This document shows positions 1 through 11,769 of a stretch of DNA of 64,000 nucleotides, one piece after another. Position numbers and translations under genes: made by a program. Origin of the DNA: Auanema rhodensis (Eukaryota > Animalia > Nematoda); contig OZ059899.1 of assembly GCA_964057225.1 (NCBI GenBank), positions 18,724,001 through 18,788,000 of the forward strand, read 5' to 3'. The first letter of the stretch is position 1. The number at the start of each line of letters is the position of its first letter. The notes under the pieces were generated by a model that worked only from the letters and a program-made list of their open reading frames with translations, was not told where the DNA came from and ran no database searches.

Positions 1-208
1 AACGAAAAAATTAATTCTCCAGGGTGAAAATCGAGGATGTAAGTGTGAACTTATATCAGTTGATATCTCGGTGCATTTTTAAGCTAGCGCAAATCTGATA
101 ACACAGATCGACGCAGCGTAAAAATCCGCATCGAATGCACTATACAACATTGAGAAACGCTTAATACAAAAATTAGTTATGATCGTTTGAAAAATGATGC
201 ATTAGTGT

Positions 209-236
209 ATGTTGAGTTTCCATGTACACTCAACAT
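209..236. repeat. Inverted repeat 1 (in each monomer): 9-bp arms, 10-nt spacer
   Basis: atgttgagt (209-217) is the exact reverse complement of actcaacat (228-236). Confidence 0.9.
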
Positions 237-243
237 TGCTTCC

Positions 244-309
244 AAAAACATTTTGACAAAAATTTTTCCGAAAAATTTCAAAACAATTTTGCAAAAAGTA
301 GATGTTTTT
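244..309. repeat. Imperfect A/T-tract palindrome and ~12-13-bp subrepeat (in each monomer)
   Basis: aaaaacat (244-251) pairs with atgttttt (302-309). Inside are the palindromes aaaaattttt and ttttgcaaaa, plus ttttccggaaaa and tttcgaaa in other variants. The units read ccaaaaacatttt|gacaaaaattttt|ccgaaaaattt|caaaacaatttt|gcaaaaag. Confidence 0.75.
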
Positions 310-386
310 AGATTCCTTTTTCCAAGGCAAAGACGATGGACAATGTTATTCAACGAAAAAATTAATTCTGCAGGGTGAAAATCGAG

Positions 387-408
387 GATATAAGTGTGAA
401 CTTATATC
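387..408. repeat. Inverted repeat 3 (in each monomer): 9-bp arms, 4-nt spacer
   Basis: gatataagt (387-395) is the exact reverse complement of acttatatc (400-408); the spacer is gtga. Confidence 0.9.
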
Positions 409-421
409 AGTTGATATCTCG

Positions 422-491
422 GTGCATTTTTAAGCTAGCGCAAATCTGATAACACAGATCGACGCAGCTTAAAAATCCGCATCGAATGCAC
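422..491. repeat. Inverted repeat 4 (in each monomer): nested long hairpin
   Basis: atttttaagct (426-436) pairs with agcttaaaaat (466-476), gcg (438-440) with cgc (463-465), and atctg (444-448) with cagat (455-459) around a 6-nt loop. An alternative outer pairing is gtgcatt (422-428) with aatgcac (485-491). Confidence 0.9.
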
Positions 492-3400
492 TATACAACA
501 TTGAGAAACGCTTAATACAAAAATTAGTTATGATCGTTTGAAAAATGATGCATTAGTGTATGTTGAGTTTCCATGTACACTCAACATTGCTTCCAAAAAC
601 ATTTTTACAAAAATTTTTCCGGAAAATTTCGAAACAATTTTGCAAAAAGTAGATGTTTTTAGATTCCTTTTTCCAAGGCAAAGACGATGGACAATGTTAT
701 TCAACGAAAAAATTAATTCTGCAGGGTGAAAATCGAGGATATAAGTGTGAACTTATATCAGTTGATATCTCGGTGCATTTTTAAGCTAGCGCAAATCTGA
801 TAACACAGATCGACGCAGCTTAAAAATCCGCATCGAATGCACTATACAACATTGAGAAACGCTTAATACAAAAATTAGTTATGATCGTTTGAAAAATGAT
901 GCATTAGTGTATGTTGAGTTTCCATGTACACTCAACATTGCTTCCAAAAACATTTTTACAAAAATTTTTCCGGAAAATTTCGAAACAATTTTGCAAAAAG
1001 TAGATGTTTTTAGATTCCTTTTTCCAAGGCAAAGACGATGGACAATGTAATTCAACGAAAAAATTAATTCTGCAGGGTGAAAATCGAGGATATAAGTGTG
1101 AACTTATATCAGTTGATATCTCGGTGCATTTTTAAGCTAGCGCAAATCTGATAACACAGATCAACGCAGCTTAAAAATCCGCATCGAATGCACTATACAA
1201 CATTGAGAAACGCTTAATACAAAAATTAGTTATGATCGTTTGAAAAATGATGCATTAGTGTATGTTGAGTTTCCATGTACACTCAACATTGCTTCCAAAA
1301 ACATTTTGACAAAAATTTTTCCGAAAAATTTCAAAATAATTTTGCAAAAAGTAGATGTTTTTAGATTCCTTTTTTCAAGGCAAAGACGATGGACAATGTT
1401 ATTCAACGAAAAAATTAATTCTCCAGGGTGAAAATCGAGGATGTAAGTGTGAACTTATATCAGTTGATATCTCGGTGCATTTTTAAGCTAGCGCAAATCT
1501 GATAACACAGATCGACGCAGCGTAAAAATCCGCATCGAATGCACTATACAACATTGAGAAACGCTTAATACAAAAATTAGTTATGATCGTTTGAAAAATG
1601 ATGCATTAGTGTATGTTGAGTTTCCATGTACACTCAACATTGCTTCCAAAAACATTTTTACAAAAATTTTTCCGGAAAATTTCGAAACAATTTTGCAAAA
1701 AGTAGATGTTTTTAGATTCCTTTTTCCAAGGCAAAGACGATGGACAATGTTATTCAACGAAAAAATTAATTCTGCAGGGTGAAAATCGAGGATATAAGTG
1801 TGAACTTATATCAGTTGATATCTCGGTGCATTTTTAAGCTAGCGCAAATCTGATAACACAGATCGACGCAGCTTAAAAATCCGCATCGAATGCACTATAC
1901 AACATTGAGAAACGCTTAATACAAAAATTAGTTATGATCGTTTGAAAAATGATGCATTAGTGTATGTTGAGTTTCCATGTACACTCAACATTGCTTCCAA
2001 AAACATTTTGACAAAAATTTTTCCGAAAAATTTCAAAATAATTTTGCAAAAAGTAGATGTTTTTAGATTCCTTTTTTCAAGGCAAAGACGATGGACAATG
2101 TTATTCAACGAAAAAATTAATTCTCCAGGGTGAAAATCGAGGATGTAAGTGTGAACTTATATCAGTTGATATCTCGGTGCATTTTTAAGCTAGCGCAAAT
2201 CTGATAACACAGATCGACGCAGCGTAAAAATCCGCATCGAATGCACTATACAACATTGAGAAACGCTTAATACAAAAATTAGTTATGATCGTTTGAAAAA
2301 TGATGCATTAGTGTATGTTGAGTTTCCATGTACACTCAACATTGCTTCCAAAAACATTTTTACAAAAATTTTTCCGGAAAATTTCGAAACAATTTTGCAA
2401 AAAGTAGATGTTTTTAGATTCCTTTTTCCAAGGCAAAGACGATGGACAATGTTATTCAACGAAAAAATTAATTCTGCAGGGTGAAAATCGAGGATATAAG
2501 TGTGAACTTATATCAGTTGATATCTCGGTGCATTTTTAAGCTAGCGCAAATCTGATAACACAGATCGACGCAGCTTAAAAATCCGCATCGAATGCACTAT
2601 ACAACATTGAGAAACGCTTAATACAAAAATTAGTTATGATCGTTTGAAAAATGATGCATTAGTGTATGTTGAGTTTCCATGTACACTCAACATTGCTTCC
2701 AAAAACATTTTTACAAAAATTTTTCCGGAAAATTTCGAAACAATTTTGCAAAAAGTAGATGTTTTTAGATTCCTTTTTCCAAGGCAAAGACGATGGACAA
2801 TGTAATTCAACGAAAAAATTAATTCTGCAGGGTGAAAATCGAGGATATAAGTGTGAACTTATATCAGTTGATATCTCGGTGCATTTTTAAGCTAGCGCAA
2901 ATCTGATAACACAGATCAACGCAGCTTAAAAATCCGCATCGAATGCACTATACAACATTGAGAAACGCTTAATACAAAAATTAGTTATGATCGTTTGAAA
3001 AATGATGCATTAGTGTATGTTGAGTTTCCATGTACACTCAACATTGCTTCCAAAAACATTTTGACAAAAATTTTTCCGAAAAATTTCAAAATAATTTTGC
3101 AAAAAGTAGATGTTTTTAGATTCCTTTTTTCAAGGCAAAGACGATGGACAATGTTATTCAACGAAAAAATTAATTCTCCAGGGTGAAAATCGAGGATGTA
3201 AGTGTGAACTTATATCAGTTGATATCTCGGTGCATTTTTAAGCTAGCGCAAATCTGATAACACAGATCGACGCAGCGTAAAAATCCGCATCGAATGCACT
3301 ATACAACATTGAGAAACGCTTAATACAAAAATTAGTTATGATCGTTTGAAAAATGATGCATTAGTGTATGTTGAGTTTCCATGTACACTCAACATTGCTT

Positions 3401-6400
3401 CCAAAAACATTTTTACAAAAATTTTTCCGGAAAATTTCGGAACAATTTTGCAAAAAGTAGATGTTTTTAGATTCCTTTTTCCAAGGCAAAGACGATGGAC
3501 AATGTTATTCAACGAAAAAATTAATTCTGCAGGGTGAAAATCGAGGATATAAGTGTGAACTTATATCAGTTGATATCTCGGTGCATTTTTAAGCTAGCGC
3601 AAATCTGATAACACAGATCGACGCAGCTTAAAAATCCGCATCGAATGCACTATACAACATTGAGAAACGCTTAATACAAAAATTAGTTATGATCGTTTGA
3701 AAAATGATGCATTAGTGTATGTTGAGTTTCCATGTACACTCAACATTGCTTCCAAAAACATTTTGACAAAAATTTTTCCGAAAAATTTCAAAATAATTTT
3801 GCAAAAAGTAGATGTTTTTAGATTCCTTTTTTCAAGGCAAAGACGATGGACAATGTTATTCAACGAAAAAATTAATTCTCCAGGGTGAAAATCGAGGATG
3901 TAAGTGTGAACTTATATCAGTTGATATCTCGGTGCATTTTTAAGCTAGCGCAAATCTGATAACACAGATCGACGCAGCGTAAAAATCCGCATCGAATGCA
4001 CTATACAACATTGAGAAACGCTTAATACAAAAATTAGTTATGATCGTTTGAAAAATGATGCATTAGTGTATGTTGAGTTTCCATGTACACTCAACATTGC
4101 TTCCAAAAACATTTTTACAAAAATTTTTCCGGAAAATTTCGAAACAATTTTGCAAAAAGTAGATGTTTTTAGATTCCTTTTTCCAAGGCAAAGACGATGG
4201 ACAATGTTATTCAACGAAAAAATTAATTCTGCTGGGTGAAAATCGAGGATATAAGTGTGAACTTATATCAGTTGATATCTCGGTGCATTTTTCAGCTAGC
4301 GCAAATCTGATAACACAGATCGACGCAGCTTAAAAATCCGCATCGAATGCACTATACAACATTGAGAAACGCTTAATACAAAAATTAGTTATGATCGTTT
4401 GAAAAATGATGCATTAGTGTATGTTGAGTTTCCATGTACACTCAACATTGCTTCCAAAAACATTTTTACAAAAATTTTTCCGGAAAATTTCGGAACAATT
4501 TTGCAAAAAGTAGATGTTTTTAGATTCCTTTTTCCAAGGCAAAGACGATGGACAATGTTATTCAACGAAAAAATTAATTCTGCAGGGTGAAAATCGAGGA
4601 TATAAGTGTGAACTTATATCAGTTGATATCTCGGTGCATTTTTAAGCTAGCGCAAATCTGATAACACAGATCGACGCAGCTTAAAAATCCGCATCGAATG
4701 CACTATACAACATTGAGAAACGCTTAATACAAAAATTAGTTATGATCGTTTGAAAAATGATGCATTAGTGTATGTTGAGTTTCCATGTACACTCAACATT
4801 GCTTCCAAAAACATTTTGACAAAAATTTTTCCGAAAAATTTCAAAATAATTTTGCAAAAAGTAGATGTTTTTAGATTCCTTTTTTCAAGGCAAAGACGAT
4901 GGACAATGTTATTCAACGAAAAAATTAATTCTCCAGGGTGAAAATCGAGGATGTAAGTGTGAACTTATATCAGTTGATATCTCGGTGCATTTTTAAGCTA
5001 GCGCAAATCTGATAACACAGATCGACGCAGCGTAAAAATCCGCATCGAATGCACTATACAACATTGAGAAACGCTTAATACAAAAATTAGTTATGATCGT
5101 TTGAAAAATGATGCATTAGTGTATGTTGAGTTTCCATGTACACTCAACATTGCTTCCAAAAACATTTTTACAAAAATTTTTCCGGAAAATTTCGAAACAA
5201 TTTTGCAAAAAGTAGATGTTTTTAGATTCCTTTTTCCAAGGCAAAGACGATGGACAATGTTATTCAACGAAAAAATTAATTCTGCTGGGTGAAAATCGAG
5301 GATATAAGTGTGAACTTATATCAGTTGATATCTCGGTGCATTTTTCAGCTAGCGCAAATCTGATAACACAGATCGACGCAGCTTAAAAATCCGCATCGAA
5401 TGCACTATACAACATTGAGAAACGCTTAATACAAAAATTAGTTATGATCGTTTGAAAAATGATGCATTAGTGTATGTTGAGTTTCCATGTACACTCAACA
5501 TTGCTTCCAAAAACATTTTGACAAAAATTTTTCCGAAAAATTTCAAAATAATTTTGCAAAAAGTAGATGTTTTTAGATTCCTTTTTTCAAGGCAAAGACG
5601 ATGGACAATGTTATTCAACGAAAAAATTAATTCTCCAGGGTGAAAATCGAGGATGTAAGTGTGAACTTATATCAGTTGATATCTCGGTGCATTTTTAAGC
5701 TAGCGCAAATCTGATAACACAGATCGACGCAGCGTAAAAATCCGCATCGAATGCACTATACAACATTGAGAAACGCTTAATACAAAAATTAGTTATGATC
5801 GTTTGAAAAATGATGCATTAGTGTATGTTGAGTTTCCATGTACACTCAACATTGCTTCCAAAAACATTTTTACAAAAATTTTTCCGGAAAATTTCGAAAC
5901 AATTTTGCAAAAAGTAGATGTTTTTAGATTCCTTTTTCCAAGGCAAAGACGATGGACAATGTTATTCAACGAAAAAATTAATTCTGCAGGGTGAAAATCG
6001 AGGATATAAGTGTGAACTTATATCAGTTGATATCTCGGTGCATTTTTAAGCTAGCGCAAATCTGATAACACAGATCGACGCAGCTTAAAAATCCGCATCG
6101 AATGCATTATACAACATTGAGAAACGCTTAATACAAAAATTAGTTATGATCGTTTGAAAAATGATGCATTAGTGTATGTTGAGTTTCCATGTACACTCAA
6201 CATTGCTTCCAAAAACATTTTGACAAAAATTTTTCCGAAAAATTTCAAAATAATTTTGCAAAAAGTAGATGTATTTAGATTCCTTTTTTCAAGGCAAAGA
6301 CGATGGACAATGTTATTCAACGAAAAAATTAATTCTCCAGGGTGAAAATCGAGGATGTAAGTGTGAACTTATATCAGTTGATATCTCTGTGCATTTTTAA

Positions 6401-9400
6401 GCTAGCGCAAATCTGATAACACAGATCGACGCAGCGTAAAAATCCGCATCGAATGCACTATACAACATTGAGAAACGCTTAATACAAAAATTAGTTATGA
6501 TCGTTTGAAAAATGATGCATTAGTGTATGTTGAGTTTCCATGTACACTCAACATTGCTTCCAAAAACATTTTTACAAAAATTTTTCCGAAAATTTTCGAA
6601 ACAATTTCGCAAAAAGTAGATGTTTTTAGATTCCTTTTTTCAAGGCAAAGACGATGGACAATGTTATTCAACGAAAAAATTAATTCTGCAGGGTGAAAAT
6701 CGAGGATATAAGTGTGAACTTATATCAGTTGATATCTCGGTGCATTTTTAAGCTAGCGCAAATCTGATAACACAGATCGACGCAGCTTAAAAATCCGCAT
6801 CGAATGCACTATACAACATTGAGAAACGCTTAATACAAAAATTAGTTATGATCGTTTGAAAAATGATGCATTAGTGTATGTTGAGTTTCCATGTACACTC
6901 AACATTGCTTCCAAAAACATTTTGACAAAAATTTTTCCGGAAAATTTCGAAACAATTTCGCAAAAAGTAGATGTTTTTAGATTCCTTTTTCCAAGGCAAA
7001 GACGATGGACAATGTTATTCAACGAAAAAATTAATTCTCCAGGGTGAAAATCGAGGATGCAAGTGTGAACTTATATCAGTTGATATCTCGGTGCATTTTT
7101 AAGCTAGCGCAAATCTGATAACACAGATCGACGCAGCGTAAAAATCCGCATCGAATGCACTATACAACATTGAGAAACGCTTAATACAAAAATTAGTTAT
7201 GATCGTTTGAAAAATGATGCATTAGTGTATGTTGAGTTTCCATGTACACTCAACATTGCTTCCAAAAACATTTTTACAAAAATTTTTCCGAAAATTTTCG
7301 AAACAATTTCGCAAAAAGTAGATGTTTTTAGATTCCTTTTTTCAAGGCAAAGACGATGGACATTGTTATTCAACGAAAAAATTAATTCTGCAGGGTGAAA
7401 ATCGAGGATATAAGTGTGAACTTATATCAGTTGATATCTCGGTGCATTTTCAAGCTAGCGCAAATCTGATAACACAGATCGACGCAGCTTAAAAATCCGC
7501 ATCGAATGCACTATACAACATTGAGAAACGCTTAATACAAAAATTAGTTATGATCGTTTGAAAAATGATGCATTAGTGTATGTTGAGTTTCCATGTACAC
7601 TCAACATTGCTTCCAAAAACATTTTGACAAAAATTTTTCCGGAAAATTTCGAAACAATTTCGCAAAAAGTAGATGTTTTTAGATTCCTTTTTCCAAGGCA
7701 AAGACGATGGACAATGTTATTCAACGAAAAAATTAATTCTCCAGGGTGAAAATCGAGGATGCAAGTGTGAACTTATATCAGTTGATATCTCGGTGCATTT
7801 TCAAGCTAGCGCAAATCTGATAACACAGATCGACGCAGCTTAAAAATCCGCATCGAATGCACTATACAACATTGAGAAACGCTTAATACAAAAATTAGTT
7901 ATGATCGTTTGAAAAATGATGCATTAGTGTATGTTGAGTTTCCATGTACACTCAACATTGCTTCCAAAAACATTTTGACAAAAATTTTCCCTAAAAATTT
8001 CAAAATAATTTCACAAAAAGTAGATTTTTTTAGATTCCTTTTTCCAAGGCAAAGACGATGGACAATGTTATTCAACGAAAAAATTAATTCTGCAGGGTGA
8101 AAATCGAGGATATAAGTGTGAACTTATATCAGTTGATATCTCGGTGCATTTTTAAGCTAGCGCAAATCTGATAACACAGATCGACGCAGCTTAAAAATCC
8201 GCATCGAATGCACTATACAACATTGAGAAACGCTTAATACAAAAATTAGTTATGATCGTTTGAAAAATGATGCATTAGTGTATGTTGAGTTTCCATGTAC
8301 ACTCAACATTGCTTCCAAAAACATTTTGACAAAAATTTTTCCGAAAAATTTCAAAATAATTTTGCAAAAAGTAGATGTTTTTAGATTCCTTTTTTCAAGG
8401 CAAAGACGATGGACAATGTTATTCAACGAAAAAATTAATTCTCCAGGGTGAAAATCGAGGATGTAAGTGTGAACTTATATCAGTTGATATCTCGGTGCAT
8501 TTTTAAGCTAGCGCAAATCTGATAACACAGATCGACGCAGCGTAAAAATCCGCATCGAATGCACTATACAACATTGAGAAACGCTTAATACAAAAATTAG
8601 TTATGATCGTTTGAAAAATGATGCATTAGTGTATGTTGAGTTTCCATGTACACTCAACATTGCTTCCAAAAACATTTTGACAAAAATTTTTCCGGAAAAT
8701 TTCGAAACAATTTCGCAAAAAGTAGATGTTTTTAGATTCCTTTTTCCAAGGCAAAGACGATGGACAATGTTATTCAACGAAAAAATTAATTCTCCAGGGT
8801 GAAAATCGAGGATGCAAGTGTGAACTTATATCAGTTGATATCTCGGTGCATTTTCAAGCTAGCGCAAATCTGATAACACAGATCGACGCAGCTTAAAAAT
8901 CCGCATCGAATGCACTATACAACATTGAGAAACGCTTAATACAAAAATTAGTTATGATCGTTTGAAAAATGATGCATTAGTGTATGTTGAGTTTCCATGT
9001 ACACTCAACATTGCTTCCAAAAACATTTTTACAAAAATTTTTCCGGAAAATTTCGAAACAATTTTGCAAAAAGTAGATGTTTTTAGATTCCTTTTTCCAA
9101 GGCAAAGACGATGGACAATGTTATTCAACGAAAAAATTAATTCTGCAGGGTGAAAATCGAGGATATAAGTGTGAACTTATATCAGTTGATATCTCGGTGC
9201 ATTTTTAAGCTAGCGCAAATCTGATAACACAGATCGACGCAGCTTAAAAATCCGCATCGAATGCACTATACAACATTGAGAAACGCTTAATACAAAAATT
9301 AGTTATGATCGTTTGAAAAATGATGCATTAGTGTATGTTGAGTTTCCATGTACACTCAACATTGCTTCCAAAAACATTTTGACAAAAATTTTTCCGAAAA

Positions 9401-11769
9401 ATTTCAAAATAATTTTGCAAAAAGTAGATGTTTTTAGATTCCTTTTTTCAAGGCAAAGACGATGGACAATGTTATTCAACGAAAAAATTAATTCTCCAGG
9501 GTGAAAATCGAGGATGTAAGTGTGAACTTATATCAGTTGATATCTCGGTGCATTTTTAAGCTAGCGCAAATCTGATAACACAGATCGACGCAGCGTAAAA
9601 ATCCGCATCGAATGCACTATACAACATTGAGAAACGCTTAATACAAAAATTAGTTATGATCGTTTGAAAAATGATGCATTAGTGTATGTTGAGTTTCCAT
9701 GTACACTCAACATTGCTTCCAAAAACATTTTTACAAAAATTTTTCCGGAAAATTTCGAAACAATTTTGCAAAAAGTAGATGTTTTTAGATTCCTTTTTCC
9801 AAGGCAAAGACGATGGACAATGTTATTCAACGAAAAAATTAATTCTCCAGGGTGAAAATCGAGGATGCAAGTGTGAACTTATATCAGTTGATATCTCGGT
9901 GCATTTTCAAGCTAGCGCAAATCTGATAACACAGATCGACGCAGCTTAAAAATCCGCATCGAATGCACTATACAACATTGAGAAACGCTTAATACAAAAA
10001 TTAGTTATGATCGTTTGAAAAATGATGCATTAGTGTATGTTGAGTTTCCATGTACACTCAACATTGCTTCCAAAAACATTTTGACAAAAATTTTTCCGAA
10101 AAATTTCAAAATAATTTTGCAAAAAGTAGATGTTTTTAGATTCCTTTTTTCAAGGCAAAGACGATGGACAATGTTATTCAACGAAAAAATTAATTCTCCA
10201 GGGTGAAAATCGAGGATGTAAGTGTGAACTTATATCAGTTGATATCTCGGTGCATTTTTAAGCTAGCGCAAATCTGATAACACAGATCGACGCAGCGTAA
10301 AAATCCGCATCGAATGCACTATACAACATTGAGAAACGCTTAATACAAAAATTAGTTATGATCGTTTGAAAAATGATGCATTAGTGTATGTTGAGTTTCC
10401 ATGTACACTCAACATTGCTTCCAAAAACATTTTGACAAAAATTTTTCCGGAAAATTTCGAAACAATTTCGCAAAAAGTAGATGTTTTTAGATTCCTTTTT
10501 CCAAGGCAAAGACGATGGACAATGTTATTCAACGAAAAAATTAATTCTCCAGGGTGAAAATCGAGGATATAAGTGTGAACTTATATCAGTTGATATCTCG
10601 GTGCATTTTTAAGCTAGCGCAAATCTGATAACACAGATCGACGCAGCGTAAAAATCCGCATCGAATGCACTATACAACATTGAGAAACGCTTAATACAAA
10701 AATTAGTTATGATCGTTTGAAAAATGATGCATTAGTGTATGTTGAGTTTCCATGTACACTCAACATTGCTTCCAAAAACATTTTTACAAAAATTTTTCCG
10801 GAAAATTTCGAAACAATTTTGCAAAAAGTAGATGTTTTTAGATTCCTTTTTCCAAGGCAAAGACGATGGACAATGTTATTCAACGAAAAAATTAATTCTC
10901 CAGGGTGAAAATCGAGGATGCAAGTGTGAACTTATATCAGTTGATATCTCGGTGCATTTTCAAGCTAGCGCAAATCTGATAACACAGATCGACGCAGCTT
11001 AAAAATCCGCATCGAATGCACTATACAACATTGAGAAACGCTTAATACAAAAATTAGTTATGATCGTTTGAAAAATGATGCATTAGTGTATGTTGAGTTT
11101 CCATGTACACTCAACATTGCTTCCAAAAACATTTTGACAAAAATTTTTCCGAAAAATTTCAAAATAATTTTGCAAAAAGTAGATGTTTTTAGATTCCTTT
11201 TTTCAAGGCAAAGACGATGGACAATGTTATTCAACGAAAAAATTAATTCTCCAGGGTGAAAATCGAGGATGTAAGTGTGAACTTATATCAGTTGATATCT
11301 CGGTGCATTTTTAAGCTAGCGCAAATCTGATAACACAGATCGACGCAGCGTAAAAATCCGCATCGAATGCACTATACAACATTGAGAAACGCTTAATACA
11401 AAAATTAGTTATGATCGTTTGAAAAATGATGCATTAGTGTATGTTGAGTTTCCATGTACACTCAACATTGCTTCCAAAAACATTTTGACAAAAATTTTTC
11501 CGGAAAATTTCGTAACAATTTCGCAAAAAGTAGATGTTTTTAGATTCCTTTTTCCAAGGCAAAGACGATGGACAATGTTATTCAACGAAAAAATTAATTC
11601 TCCAGGGTGAAAATCGAGGATATAAGTGTGAACTTATATCAGTTGATATCTCGGTGCATTTTTAAGCTAGCGCAAATCTGATAACACAGATCGACGCAGC
11701 TTAAAAATCCGCATCGAATGCACTATACAACATTGAGAAACGCTTAATACAAAAATTAGTTATGATCGT

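Larger units (their letters stand above)
187..537. repeat. Representative 351-bp monomer (phase arbitrary)
   Basis: The sequence at 187 restarts at 538, 889, 1240 and so on. A hand count over 181-531 gives 56 C and 58 G in 351 bp. Confidence 0.98.
1..11769. repeat. Variant domain I: largely alternating two-monomer (A/B) pattern
   Basis: The markers tttccaagg (FPRQ in the ORF track, last at ~11554) and gcagcgtaaaaa (last at 11350) were seen only here. Confidence 0.85.

Noticed and set aside
422-491. Conserved structured RNA supported by covariation
   Set aside because: The observed stem variants (aaggt with cttagaaa, agcgtaaaa, ttcaagct, agctcaaa) break pairs and are not compensatory, so there is no evidence of selection on pairing.
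187-537. Tandem 5S rRNA, tRNA, snRNA or spliced-leader gene array
   Set aside because: I recognise no 5S, tRNA cloverleaf or snRNA/SL sequence. An Infernal/Rfam scan would be the decisive test.
187-537. CENP-B box
   Set aside because: I found no match to TTCGNNNNANNCGGG on either strand; the monomer lacks CGGG/CCCG.
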